Part shown: positions 35,592 through 49,442 of the stretch, in pieces | Layout of the letters: each line of letters opens with the position of its first letter | How positions within the stretch are numbered: position 1 is the stretch's first letter | NCBI GenBank assembly: GCA_024704765.1 | Contig: JAKMXF010000011.1 | Location: 289,863 to 353,862 of the forward strand | DNA: 64,000 nucleotides | Reading direction: 5' to 3' | DNA from: Oopsacas minuta | Taxonomy: Eukaryota > Animalia > Porifera | Translations under genes and position numbers: made by a program | Notes under the pieces: model-generated | Seen by the model: the letters and a program-made list of their open reading frames with translations, nothing else | What the model was told of the DNA's origin: nothing | Databases searched by the model: none

Positions 35592-38313
35592 CACTGCTCA
35601 ACAATTTTTTTTTCATTTTTTGTTGCATGAGATTTTTCAATTGATTCTATATAATTTTGGGATGCTGATTTCAAATCTGCAATCAGTTTCTTTCTGCATG
35701 CTCTAGTTTTCATGCAATCGACAATTTAAATTTTTTCGTTTGTGGTACTTATTTAGTACATAAATCTGATCTCCACCAAATACTTTTATCTATCAAGCCA
35801 TTTTTCTTAGATTGTAGCTGTTACTATGATTTAGTAATGGCTTCAATCTATTGAAAACAAAAGCACCACTCTATTGTTCTCTGAAAACATGACACTATTA
35901 GCGAAGTGTCAAAATTTAAATAAATCAAAAATCATCATGTTGATTTTTTTGAAATGATTTAATTCAAACAACCCTAAGTGATTGTAGTGAAGTATCGTGG
36001 ATAGATGCAGCAGAATAGGCATTTAAGCTGTATTTTTCCGCTCGTCTGCTGGTAGCCTTAATTAGAACCAAGGTTTTGTTATTCAGTTTGTTTGTGTTAA
36101 GTTACATGGATATCAACAGACTTTCTTTCGATTCTTAACTCTTCAGATTTGATCATGGCTTCTTCTAGTAGACATAAATGCAAAAATAACCCTGATTCAT
36201 TTTGTTACATCTGTGGTGTGTATACGCTTTCGCGTCAAAGACGAAATATAACATCGTTTGTGAAGCGTGCCTACATAGCATACTTTGGTATCCCTCTTGA
36301 TGATCAAGATAAGAAATGGTCTCCTCATATTGTGTGCCATAACTGCGAGGAAATGCTCCGAGACTGGACAAAAGGAAAGCGGAAGGGTCTGCCTTTTGCC
36401 ATTCCAATGGTGTGGCGTGAACCCCAAGACCACACGACTGACTGCTACTTTTGCATGGTCAATACAAAAGGTGTTGGCAAGAAGAGCCGACAAACGCTTT
36501 CTTATCCTAGTATACCATCAGCTATGCGACCTGTCCCGCACTCTGATAGACTTCCTCCTCCGGTCTTTAGTGGTTTTGCTTTTCCTGATGATGGAGAAAC
36601 TAAATTGGAAAGGGAAGAGATCGTAGAAATGGAATATCAAAAAACAGACACAGAATCAGAATCTGAAGATTCTTCTCGTGAAACCAAAGTAACTGTCCAG
36701 CAGTTTAATCAATCAGAACTGAATGACTTAGTACGTGATTTAGATCTGCCCAAGCAAGCAGCTGAGCTCTTAGCCTCCAGGCTCAAAGAAAAACAGGTGC
36801 TGGATCAATCTGTAAAGGTTTCCTTTTTTCGAAAAAGAGAAGAACTCCTTCTACCCTATTTTTCAGTGGAAAATAAGCTGGTATATTGCAACGATATTCC
36901 TGGTCTTGACGGACAACTGGGTATCTCCTCATATGATCCAGGAGAATGGCGATTGTTTTTGGACAGTTCCAAGCGCAGCCTCAAGTATGTTCTTTTACAC
37001 AATGGAAATGTTTATGGAGCTGTTCCAGTTGGTCACTCCACTGTCTTGAAGGAACAGCATGATGACATTAGAATTGTTATGGATTTACTCGGATATCATG
37101 ATCACAACTGGATCATTTGTGTTGACCTCAAAATGGTTAGTTTTCTGCTAGGTCAGCAAAAAGGATACACTAAATTTCCATGTTATCTGTGCATGTGGGA
37201 CAGCAGAGCACGTGAAAAACATTGGATACAAAAGGAGTAGCCCTTACGTGAAACATTTCAAGCTGGCATGCCTAACGTAACACACGACCCGATCGTAAGC
37301 AGAGACAAAATTGTTTTTCCACCCCTGCACATCAAGCTAGGTTGATGAAACAGTTCGTTAAAGCCCTAAATCCTGACAATGAATCCTTTCATCATCTTGT
37401 GTATACTTTCCCTGCTTTGTCATATGATAAAATCAAAGCAGGAGTGTTTGATGGACCACAGATACGTACACTTATTCCGCGACAAAAACTTCATTCAGAA
37501 AATGAATGTCAGGGAGAAAGCTGCATGGCTATCTTTTGTGGATGTTATACAGAACTTTCTTGGTAACAGAAAAGCTCCAAACTATGAAATGCTTGTATCT
37601 AAGATACTCTCAGGGTTTCGTAATTTAAGATGCAATATGAGCATAAAAGTACATTTTATGTACAGTCACCTGGACAAATTCCCTGAAAACCTTGGGACTG
37701 TCAGTGACGAACAGGGAGAGCGTTTCCACCAGGATCTCATGACAGTGGAAGAACGTTACCAAGGTCGATGGGACCGACATATGATGGCAGACTATTGTTA
37801 GGGCATTAAACGTGACTGTCCTCACAAAGCGTACAAACGCAGAAGTTATAAGAGGAAATTTTGTCCAGATTTGTAGAATATTTGAATCTTTTGCATCTTG
37901 TCATTGATCGCTTTAAGTTACTATTGTAGATTGCCATCGTTCTTTTCTACGTTATTTTGCAAAAAAAAAATCAATTTTTACATGCATATTACCAGCAAAA
38001 CTGTTGTTTTTACATTTTTTAAAACATTTGTTGCCTATCTGTCTACAAATACAATTTCTATTGGCAACATAAAAGTTTTTTGGCACCTATTTTTGTTTTG
38101 AGGCTAGTTATTCAACTGTAAGCAGAACATCATTTGACAAATCATGTCACTTTTTCAAAAAATATGAATTTTGTGCAAAAAAATTAAAAATCTCGATTTG
38201 CAAAAAATCTAGAGCTTGCGGAAAAAAACTAAGGTCGGATTCGGATTCAGCGCCCCAATATTAGGTAAAAACAAGTGTTGGTAGAAATGCAACAAAATTT
38301 TTGTTGAGCAGTG
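35592..38313 (+). mobile_element. Chapaev3 transposon, 2722 bp, nested in Gypsy pol
   Basis: 13-bp perfect TIR CACTGCTCAACAA; 3-bp TSD TAA (35589-35591, 38314-38316). Confidence 0.95.
36155..37876 (+). pseudogene. Chapaev3 transposase with two premature TAG stops (37238-37240, 37799-37801) and one frameshift (about 37480)
   Basis: CKNNPDSFCYICG, PHIVCHNC, WREP..H..DCYFC, FLDSSKRSLK, VDLKM, PCYLC.WDSR, PPLHIKLG, KIKAGVFDGPQIR, KVHF..SHLD, SDEQGERFHQD. Confidence 0.93.
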
Positions 38314-41300
38314 TAATCAATACCGAAGAAGTAGACAAGTCATTCAAGTGTACGAAGACAAATCTCACTACAAACCAACATGACAAGTTTGCTGACCTGT
38401 TGAAAGAATTTGAGGCAATATTTAACGACAAACCAGGTCGCACCTCAATGTGCGAACATGCGATAGATACGGGGAAGGCAGTCCTCACCAGATCCAGACC
38501 AAGACGTGTTCCTCCAAAGTGGAAGGAAGAAATCAATTCACAGCTTGATGAGATGCTCGATCAGAAACTATGCAAGGCATCCCATTCCCCATGGGCAAGT
38601 AACGTAGTCTTAGTTCCCAAGAAGGACGGTCTGCAACGTTTTGCGATCGATTATCGAGAATTAAATAATGCCACCAAGAAGGACGCATATGGTACACCAC
38701 AAGTGCAGACGATTTTAGACAAGTTACGAGATTATAGTTACTTTTCAGTGATTGATATCTCTGCCGCCTACTGGTGCGTCCCAGTTAGGGAAGAAGATAG
38801 AGAAAAAACTGCATTCAATACTCCTAGAGGCCTCTTCGAGATGTGCGTTATGCCTTTCGGTTTGGTTAACTCCCAGGCTACATTCCAGCGGCTAATGGAC
38901 AACACACTCCAAGGCCTTACTCGTACGGAATCATACATCGACGATTGTATAATTTATTCACGTAGTTTTGAAGAACACCTGAAGGAACTACGCGCTGTAT
39001 TCCAACGTCTGCAAAGTGCGAAGTTGCATGTCAAATTGCGCAAGTGTCAGTTCTTTCGCGAGGAGGTTGAGTTTCTGGGCCACGTCGTGTCTAGGGAAGG
39101 AAGAAGGCCCTTGGTCTCAGCTGCAAAAAACTCTCTATGTTTCCTAGACCCCAAAGCATAGCTGAACTGCAACGTTTCTTAGGAACGCTCAACTTTTATA
39201 GGTCATACATTCCTGGCTTGGCTCAGCTAGCGGCTCCTCTGTACTCCCTCACAGAGAAAAGAGCCAGATGGGTGTAGTCTGATAAATGCGAGGACGCTTT
39301 TGATTCCCTTCGTCTCAAGTTAATCCGTGAACCTATTATGTTGAGCTTTCCGGATTGGAATAAGAATTTTATTATTGAAGCTGATGCAAGTTCGAGGGCG
39401 GTAGCAGCGGTACTATCACAGAGAAACGAAGACACGGGACAACTACACCCTATTGACTTCTTCTCTTCATCACTTAGCACAACGCAAAGGAATTATTGCG
39501 CAGGGCAACTGGAAGCCTGGGCACTAGTCGCCGCTTGCAGGAAATGGCACACATACTTGAGGGCCACTGGGGCGGTCGAGCTAATTACTGATCACTGCCC
39601 ATTGAAGTGGCTCCGTGGTCAAAAGGATCCCCGCCGTACCTTTGCTAGGTGGTTGCTTGAGCTGGAGGAGTACAGCTACCAGATTACCCATCGGAAGGGG
39701 AAAGACAACAATCTACCCGACTACCTGAGTAGGGCAAGAACTACTTCGATTAGCCCCGAGGTCCAAGATGATTCCGGTTTCGAAGATAAGATATTCACGC
39801 TTTCAGATGACACGACTGAGTTAGATTCAACCAAGTTGGATCTGACCAAGCTCCAAGGAGAAGATGCTACTATTAGCGACGCGGTTGAACAACTGAAGGA
39901 GACCGGGAATGTGTCTTCCGGCAGGCTGCAGGAGATATCCGGGAGTCTCGCAATAGTAAATGGAATGTTGTTGTATCGAGAGCGTGCCGTAGTGCCTCTC
40001 GGTGCTAGAAGAACGGTACTGGGTTTGGTTCACGGGGCAGGTTACTTTGGCCAGAAGCGAACGTTACAAATCCTGAGAAGGAGCTACTTCTGGTTCGGTA
40101 TGGCCAAGGACGCTCGCGACTGGTGCCGAAGTTGTCTCGTATGTCAGAAGGCGAGAGTACCTATCCAAGAATCCAAGAATTCAAGATGGACGGGGTTGGA
40201 CCCGGGGACCTTGTAGCTATGGACATCGGCATTCTCCCTTGGGCCGACCAGAAGTTCCGGTATTTTCTATGTATCGTCGACATATTTACACGTTATATGG
40301 AGCTCATTCCTTTGCAAGACCAGTCCGCAGCGTCCTTAGTGCGTGAGTTCCAGTGTGGTTGGATTTTTCGAGGGCACGGTGTACCTAAAGGTCTGTTGAC
40401 AGACCAAGCACATAATATTGATGGTGTAGAGATAAGGGCGTTGTGCGAAAGATTGGGGATTGAGAAACGGCACTCCTCACTCTACCATCCTCAAGGAGAT
40501 GGCTTGGTAGAGAGGAGTATCGGGCTAGCCAAGCAGGTGGCGAGATGTCTAACTCTAGATCGTAAACTCCCCAAGGAGTCATGGCCTGAGATCCTACCTG
40601 AAGTCTCGTTTTATTGTAACAACGTCGAGAATTCGTCAACAAAGTTCTCTCCCCAGCGGCTTATGACGGGTAGACAGCCAACATCGCCTATAGACGCCAT
40701 GATTTCCAGAAAGGATTTGAATCAGACGCTTAGTCATACCGTACACATCGAGGAACTAGAAGTGATTTCAGCAGAATTGGAGAAACTAGCCCGTGAAAAT
40801 GACCTTCAAGCAAAACGGCTGAGAAACGACTACCATAACAAAGGAGCGGTGACACCTTGTCTCGAAAAGGGAGACCTAATACTCGAGAGGAATGAGACGC
40901 GAAAAGATTCATTGGACCCCAAATTCGTTGGCCCTTACACAGTACTCGACTCAAGAGGAACCAATGTTAAAGTTCGAAAAGGGAACAGACATAGGTGGGT
41001 ACACGCGGGCCGCTGCAAACTATTCGAAGACAGCCACTCCATCCCCCTCACCAGTGGTCCCTCTGAGCCAGGAGAAGTAGTCCGGGCCCCCTTGGGGGAG
41101 GTAGACGCACCAACCATCGGTACTTATAATGAACAGCAACAGGAAGAGGCAGTAGAAGTTAATGTGGATCCAGGAACAGAAACCCAGGATCTGAGCGGTG
41201 AAGGAGAAGAGGTTGGTCCTGCAAGACGTTACCCATTACGATCCCGCAAACAAAAAGAGTACCCAAATTATGTACTTAGTACTGAAATCTTACCTAGCCA

Positions 41301-41319
41301 GGCCCTTATATCTATTTAA
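38314..41319 (+). pseudogene. pol: pol 3' part: reverse transcriptase, RNase H and integrase, with frameshifts (about 39130, about 40150) and a TAG at 39275
   Basis: DISAAYW, YIDDCII, EADAS, TDHCPL, integrase Zn finger H/Y..C..C (second His reads Tyr), and the D-D(35)E triad AMDI / TDQA / LVER. Confidence 0.93.
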
Positions 41320-41329
41320 GGGGGAGTGA
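41318..41329 (+). promoter_or_regulatory. Polypurine tract
   Basis: AAGGGGGAGTGA directly before the 3' LTR. Confidence 0.88.
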
Positions 41330-41472
41330 TGTGACGACTAGCAACGTACTAGAACAACTATAACAGATTAACATTTAGTCTAGTATAGTAGATTACTCGC
41401 AGTCTTATTCAGTCATAGTTCGACTTATTTGTATTTCTATTATAGCTAATATATTTCCAAGCTTGTATCACA
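41330..41472 (+). repeat. 3' LTR (143 bp)
   Basis: Direct repeat of 34114-34256. Confidence 0.97.
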
Positions 41473-42053
41473 GTATCTCTAAACGGACTAAATTATATGC
41501 ATAATTGAAAAACAATAGACTTTGGAAATTTGTGTTGAATACCAAGTGGTGAAACATATTTGATTTGTGCCGCTTTTGTCACACATTGCACAAATAGTTT
41601 GATGATAATAACTTATTTTCCCTTGTCAAGTTTTCAGTAATTTATACGCGCATTAGTCTAAATTACCTCTATAATTCAAAATATCTATTTCATTTGGAAT
41701 TTGTGCTGTAAAATGTACTTTAGCAAACGACTTCTCTTTTAGTATACAGTTACAGGGAACTGAAGTTTAGCTTACATTTTCGGCAACATCAAATGTAAGC
41801 TAAACTTTATTAACATTGGAAATATTTATGTTCAACTTATATCTTTCGTGGTTGCCGTGTCACGTGAAGTGGGGAATGGGGATATCTTTGGATTAACAAT
41901 ACATTAATTTTCACCATGGATATATTCTCAGTAGAATTTATTTCTAACTCATATGGGTTAACATTACTAGTTGCAAATATATTTGTAACCTATAATTATT
42001 ATTCCACTATTTGACATATAATCAATTGTGTTATAAATTTTAGTTTTCTTATA

Positions 42054-42303
42054 CACTCCCTGGCCAAAAGTATTGGAACACTCTGCCACAATTGACACAT
42101 GGCACGAATATATATTTACTTTAGTTGCATAGGCTGAAGATAGTTTCAAACATCTGTGAACTTAATTCTATCATTAATTTTATCATTACAATCGCATTTT
42201 CTGATATATCCACATACTATTCAATACGTATATTCTCCCAATGTGCCATATGCCGCATGTGTCATTAGTGGTATGGTGTTCCAATACTTTTGGCCAGGGA
42301 GTG
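42054..42303. mobile_element. Tc1-type MITE (copy B, opposite orientation to copy A), 250 bp
   Basis: Perfect TIR CACTCCCTGGCCAAAAGTATTGGAACAC, TA on both sides, interior homologous to 22956-23194. Confidence 0.92.
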
Positions 42304-45169
42304 TATTAACTGATTTTCATTTATTTTCTCTTCTGCGTTCTGTATTATAGGACCCTTTTTCTCCAATATGCTACTTTCCAAACATATCCAACAACAGTTT
42401 CTCAATAGGTATTGACGAATTTACAGTATTTCCCTAAACAAGCACCTTGGCTTAAATAAGCTTCGGGGGCCATTACAAAGCTCCAAGATTTGTGAATAAA
42501 GATTTATCACAACCCTCTTGAATACTGTTTTTTGGTGAAATTTACTTTTCATTTCACTGTGCAAATATTAGGATTATTGTTTTCAGAATCTTTTGTAATT
42601 TTAAAAATTGTAAAATATTTTAAAATACTAAATTCCCACTAGAACCGTGCGCTTTTTCAAGGAAATACTCTACTTTATAACTTAAATATACCAAATATGA
42701 AATGCCGTACAATCCGGATGAGATTTTCTTAGTATGTTAGTCAACGAACTCCAACATTGTTGCTACATACAGAAGAACACTTGTATTCAAACGTATGTAT
42801 AGAGATGTCTGAACAATGTGTATTGGAAGCTCGTTAATACAAACATGAGCAGACCCATTGTAGGGACTGATTATAGTTTAAATATTTGTTCATCTTATCC
42901 GGAATTCGTATTTACCGTGTTCCTACTAACAAAGTTCTACTGTAACTGCACGAAAATACATTTTTCAAATTAAAGCATCAGAATTCCAAAAATAACATTC
43001 AAAATTCAAGGATTTCATTATTGTCAAGTAAGTTATTTTATCTTACAGTCATAATGCATTTTCCACATGTAATGATTCCCCGACTATTGTATCGCATTTA
43101 CTAGAATAGTAGCCCCTACATAAATAATTCGCACCTGAGGTACCTATAAATTATTAATCTACTATTACTTAGTTAGGAAATACTTCTAGTGTGGATCATG
43201 ACCACACCTATACATTTCCTAGAATTATTCTCTCCTTGACACTTTGGCTGTCTAAACATTACTAATCGCTTGGGTATTTATTCGAGTAAGAACGGCCTTG
43301 CCTAATCATTTACTTCACTGGAATTCGCGAAAATTTTAGGACGCTTGCACTTCTCGTGCATTAACGGTTACTTTTCACATTGATGGTAATACTCTTGTCA
43401 AGTCGTATTGGCAACATTATATTAATTCTGCCTATACACCTTCATTTCTCAATTTCTGATCTCCTTTGCTTGGATAAACGGCTAAGTACTTTTCCACTTT
43501 GGGTAATTTCTCGGAGTGACGAATGCTCCTCTATGCATCTTGCGTGATTTTCTTTGCGTGCGTAAAATTTGAGACCTTTCCCTATTCAGCATAGGCGGAT
43601 ACATTAAGAGGCCATGTGGCTAGGCCTCACATTGGTACAAAGAAAGTCAAATTACTCGCATCTCTTCCAACATATTTCATTTTTTCTCTTTATCGAACTC
43701 CAATTTGCATCTGTAATTTACCCAAAATCCCTCGAAGCCCCCTATATTTTCTGGATCGCAGCTCTCTCCATTTTAGAAATCTCCAAATACTTTTCAGGGG
43801 AATTGCACCAGGTAAAGACATTACATGAATTTGGTCAATACAGACAATCAGTCCTATATTAAAACTTAAAATTCCTATACAAATGTAATTATTCCGTGTA
43901 CGCCTACATATAGCGGCAAAAATAATTGCAATATCTGTGCGGTTTGCTGGCATGCACGCTGGGCTTTACAGAAGCCAGTTACTGACTATTAATTCGTTCG
44001 CATGGAGCCAATACGAGATAGTCACAACTATTGAAATATCATAAAGAAATGATTCCACAATATAGTTTCTGGTAACCTGTATGTGGGATTAAGAAAAACC
44101 ATAGACTTCTCTATATAAGCCCTACCATCAGATATACTAGGGATATAGTAGTGCATGGAAAATATTATATTAGTATACAGAATGATTTCATATCGCACAA
44201 ACTGTACTTTTATGACCAAGCAAATGTAGTCGAAAACCCTCTACTTGATAATTCAACTCAGTATATACTCGATTTCCTATTCCCTTATAGTCCATGTTGA
44301 TATGATATCTTCTACGATAATGCGCAATCCTGAATTTTACCATATATGGCTTTAATGATGACTATGCAATAATCCTTGTAGATATCATGTCAAAATGTAT
44401 TACAAGGGCATGGGAAATGGGGTATATACTATAAATCGGCAATATTATATCATTGAGGGTTTTCGACTTATAAATTGATAATGACAAAGTATTTCCATCC
44501 ATGGTCACTACTCTGACTCTAAAACCTGCCAACTTTATGAGGACCAAATTTTTATATGTTTTACAAAAGCATCTTTACATCATTTAGTACATTATCTTTG
44601 AAATCAAATGCGATATTTAACGTTCTACAGCTCATCAAATATTGGGCTATTTCCTCCTATTAAAGCTTACTAAGAAAAGAAAGTGGCACATTTGGAAGAA
44701 TTTTGCTTTTTGGTTTGGACACATGATACTCTACATGTCAGTGATGCATTCCTTGGGTAAAAAGTACTGTTGTGCGATTAATGATACGCCGAGTTAATTT
44801 TTTCACATAGTTGTCTTCTTCAAGCGAACTTATTCTCGTAGTGGAAACTTGGTCATTAAATTTACACATAACCTGCATCTTGGAAATGTGCATGTTCATA
44901 TTTTTTCGTTTTAATGTGCCGAATATGACGTGCAATTGTATTACCACCAAAATTCTCTTCATTATTCACACAAATAATCTCCAGATTTAGCATTCTAACA
45001 ATTTTCCTTCACTTTTCATTTTCACAATTTTTTGGCACACTCTAGTATACACCCATAAATATTAAATTTTTCAGTAATTATCTTAATTTTTCACGAGATT
45101 TTAACTATTCTAATTTGGATGAATATTCATCAAGATGACTATCTATTGCTAATTAGAATTTTATTGTTA

Positions 45170-45215
45170 CTAGTGCGCTTTGCTTGCTAGGTCGCTGCTC
45201 CACCAGCAGTAATAT
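45170..45215 (-). repeat. Probable Helitron-like 3' terminus (copy A)
   Basis: The minus strand ends in GC-rich ...CTAGCAAGCAAAGCGCACTAG followed by T; similar sequence at 52485 and 61297. Confidence 0.45.
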
Positions 45216-45925
45216 ACTAGGCGCTTTGTCCCCCTGAATTAGATTAATTATAATCTGCTATTTCTTATAGTTTTGGACCCCTACGCAAAGGGATATACCC
45301 GACACTACATGCCTCGAATTATAAAATTATGTCTTCCGCGATTGGAATGTATGTGTTATTAATTCAGTCATATTTAGACACTTTAACTGTAAATTTGTAA
45401 ATACTCTCTATGTGATTATGATATAATATATAGCTATTCCGGTGTAGCAGTTAAATTTTATGTCTAATCACTTAGGGTATAATCCATTCTAATTTTATGA
45501 AAATCTCCTAGATTTTTTATGTTTTTGTGAAATAATTTGTCTACATCCAAACGCCTCCTCAGAGTGTGCCAAAATCGCCATAATGGCGTATTAGGGTAAC
45601 TATTACAACGAAGTATCTTTTATGTGGTCTATATGTAAATCGACACCGTAAATTTCAAAAATTTCATTTAAATTTTCCGTAGTATTACCACTATTGGGAA
45701 TATGACGTCATTTCGGTGATTTAATTATTATTAACATTCATGGTTCAATAATATTATTTGTTATTTCCATTATTGAATTAATGGTATAAAGTCAAGCTTC
45801 CTATTAGAAGGATTATAGCATATATATATAACTAGCTATCATATAATAATGAATCAGGGGTGTAGCTTTTCCCTTTAATACATAGTTGATGGGAGTATAC
45901 CTTGTGGAAATACTGTTACTAAATA

Positions 45926-47251
45926 CGAGGGTAGTCCAAAGAGTTTTAGAATCTATATGAAAGAATAGTAGGAAATGGATTATTTTTTATAGTTCCTCGA
46001 AGTATATACAGATGACTGTATGCATAAATCCATCCTTCTAAACCAACTTTCAGAACAATTTTCCCAGGCTTCTTTGGTTAGGTCTTGGAGGGCCTCATTA
46101 TAAGCCAGTCTTGCCTTTGCTGCACTATTGAAATGGACCCCTTTGATCTTCTTTTTTAGTTTAGGGAAAAGAAAGAAGTCGCATGGCGCCAAATCTGGGG
46201 AATATGCTGGATGGGGTATCAATTTTATACCATTTTCTGCAAAGAAATCCATTGTTAAAACTGCTTTGTGTGCACTTGCATTGCCATGGTGCCATTGAAG
46301 TGAGGTGAGGTAGGCTTTAGGATGTAAAATGCTCCACTTTTCTATCACCTGAGGCATGCAAATGTTGACATACCAACTCGCAGTTACAGTCTTTTGCTCT
46401 GTAAGGGGAATAGTAGCAACATGTCCCTTTTTAGAGATGAAACTGGCGACCATTTGCTTGTTGCCACTTCGTGCACGTCTCAATTTTGAGGGGGATAATC
46501 ATCTGGAAAAGCCAAATTGAAGATTGTTGCTTCGTCTCTGGGTCATATTGGTAAATCCAAGTCTCATCTCCTGTAATTAATGTATTCCATAGCTTTGAAT
46601 GTCCATGATCAGATTTTCTGATCATAAATTTGCACCAATCCACTCGAGTTGTCATTTGTTCTTCAGAAAGTTTATGTGGAATCCAACGTGCAGCCACTTT
46701 CGTCACCAAGAGATGTTCATGAAGTATGGTATGGAGGCTTCCTCTGCTGATGTCTAAATGCCCTCATTATTTCGTCTATTATGATTCGACGCTCATTTTT
46801 GATTATTTTCTTAACTTTCTGGATATTTTCTGGGTTAACCGCATCTGCAGGACGTCCTGATCGCATCTCATCACTTAAAGTATTTCGTCCACGGTTAAAT
46901 TCACCGTGCCAGTTGTACACTGTAGCCAAAGATGGTGATTTTTCTCCAGATGTGTCCTGAAGTTGAATATGTGATTCTTTAGGACTGAGTTTTCTCATAA
47001 AGTCATAAAAAATCATTGCGCGAAAGTCCCTCCTTTCCAAATGTAAATCCATGAGAAATAATTAGGTACGAATTTAAAATTAGAGCCAAGTGCTGACTAT
47101 ATAAGTAGCTGTCAAAAAAGTAATCAAAGATAGAAAGCTTAGATATTTTAACTAAAGTAGTTATAAATAGTGTACTATAGATATAAGATGTATTGGTGTG
47201 CAAGAAATGAAGTTACAGCATTCATTCTAAAAAATTTTTGGACGACCCTCG
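45926..47251 (-). mobile_element. mariner element, 1326 bp, inserted in the 3' region of Transib copy 2
   Basis: TIR CGAGGGT(A/C)GTCCAAA..TTTTAGAAT; TA on the left, TG (mutated TA) on the right. Confidence 0.9.
45980..47052 (-). pseudogene. mariner D34D transposase, frameshifted, second catalytic Asp reads Gly
   Basis: RSGRP, ARWIPHKL, TGDETW, YDPE, HHGNA (for HHDNA), YSPDLAPCDFFLF; 34-residue spacing retained. Confidence 0.92.
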
Positions 47252-47281
47252 TGTATAAACTCAATCTTTGATATTCTTTAA

Positions 47282-49442
47282 TTAATTATCATTCTCCAAC
47301 ACTATGCTATTATATAAGATATCTTGGGGGCTATTTGGGTCATTTGCACTAGAATTCCTCATTTTGGTGGATGTAAAACGATTCTGCACTAATAGGGGAT
47401 CACTACAACACAGAACGCGAACTAGAATACCTCGTACATTGTCAGAGAATGATGTTTTCCTGGCAAGATTTTCCAGGTACCCCCTCACGAACTTATTACA
47501 AGCTTCTAAACATTCCTCTGATAGATTTTGTAATCCCCTGCCATTATTATATTCTCCAATAACCTTGAAAGAATGGGAAAGTAGCTTGTGTAAAGAGGTG
47601 GTGATGTTCGCCCTTGGAAACTGAACTAAGATGTATTCACGTTTCTTTACACAATTCTTCCATTTTGCTACAATTAATTAAGTTACTGCTGTTCACAAGT
47701 GGTAACACCACGGATGATTAGTCTGGATCTTCTCTAATAAGGGTTTATCAGATAGATTAATCGAGGAAGTCGCCCATTTTAAAAAGTCTCGCTTACCCAA
47801 AAAGCAATCACGTGCAATGTTCCCAGTAGTTGATGTACCGCCCTGACTTGAAGGAATATCCACACTGAAACTACACTTTTCTAGAAGAATTGCTCGAATC
47901 CGCCTCATAGATGCATTTACTTTGTGATTAGATGGTGACCATACCTTGTGACCCGCATCAAGATGGTATATTAATAACATATACCACCGGAATACACATA
48001 GGTACGCATGCAAAGGGGAGGCAGCAATTATATTGATGTCAGATGTGGGTTTGTGAGTTATACCCAAGCGTTGTTTGGATGGGAGTTTGAGGAAGTCATC
48101 TTCATTAACATCATCAAAGAGTTGCCAAGCATCGCTAATTAACCTGTTTATGGGGAATCCAGAACGAACCCAGTCAATGCTTTTAATTTCTTCGTCGGAT
48201 GCAGTACATAGATGACAAGAAGCTCCTCCAGCACCATCTAACAGTCCAGCCATTTGGTTTCAAAGAGAGAACGAACAATATCAACTTGTACATGTCCTCC
48301 TATTAGGGATAATCCGTTCACCAATATTTGGCCGGTTTGGGGATTGACAATTTTATCCATGATAAAATGAACATTATTATAATCCTCTTTCAATGCTATC
48401 AACGCAACCGGTCTGAAACAAAAGGGGGAGTTAGGAGAATGGTTGTAGAAGACATAGTTTTCAAGTGTATCTGCTATTGATAATATTTTGAATCCAAATA
48501 AGATGAAACATTTAGTACTAAAGACAGGGTTATTATTTTGTTGGTTATAGGTGCGATGAGACCCGGAACCATCTAATCCATCTGATATCTTAACTGTGAG
48601 CGGATATTGTGAAATAGAAATTGGCACTAACGTTGAAATCAAGCGTTCGACTGTAAGCTTTAGTATCGAATGATAGGAGATACAAGTTCCAATTGAGAAA
48701 CCTTCAGAATCATGGACTATCTCAATCTCATCAATCAAAGTTATTTCTCTACGATATCTGGAGACAAGCTCATAAGATGGTAATTTGACTTGACATTTAA
48801 GGACTTTTTTTAATTTTTATATTTACTTGCTCCAATCTTTAAACAGTCCAACAAATAGGCAGATTTATCGATTGGCGCTTTGTGCAAGATTCCACTAAAA
48901 GAACCCTTGTTGATGATCTCCTTACACACTTGTGAGGTATCGCGATCGTAAAAATTGTTAGATATTAATTCTAACGCCAGAGCAGCCCTAGTTGTTTGGG
49001 CTCGACATTTTCTCTTTCAGCTAAGAAATGAATATGGTCTAAAAGAATGCTCAATCTAGATCTGGAAGTTTGAAGATTGCAATCAAGTAAATGCTTTCTG
49101 GAATCATGGACAATTTCTTCAGAGAAATTTCGACTTTCAGAAATAGAAACTTTACGAAAAGGTTCTAATCCAGGATCGAGTGAAATTCTCTTCTTTCTCG
49201 GGATGGAAGTTGATAGGGGTGTAGTATATGAATGGAAGGTCAAATTCTCTCAGGTCTCGATCACTCTTCTTCCGGTAATACTCTCTGGATGATATAAGGG
49301 ACTTGAACTTATATAGAATAGTATCATGTTCTTCCTGTGGAATATTATTATCATTAATAAGATACTGCGCAGTGGCTTTAGGGCTTTTGCCCATTGAAAT
49401 ATAGCTAGCATATGCTTCTTTGTTGGCCACAACAGAGGCCAT
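47282..49442 (-). pseudogene. RAG1-like/Transib transposase, copy 2, several frameshifts
   Basis: Colinear with copy 1: SRKHLLDCNL..SRSRL, ISDGLDGSG, RSLFETK, CHLC, GGTSTTGNIAR, LSEECLEACNK. Confidence 0.93.

Larger units (their letters stand above)
34114..41472 (+). mobile_element. Full-length Ty3/Gypsy LTR retrotransposon (4634 bp once the nested Chapaev3 is removed)
   Basis: Two 143-bp TG...CA LTRs, 4-bp TSD GTAT (34110-34113, 41473-41476), gag-PR-RT-RH-IN order, polypurine tract. Confidence 0.97.

Noticed and set aside
37238-39277. RIP- or APOBEC-like CpA-to-TpA mutation bias (TGG to TAG stops, CAC to TAC, GAG to AAG)
   Set aside because: The sample is tiny and biased, because nonsense changes necessarily have this context; the LTR differences are mixed.
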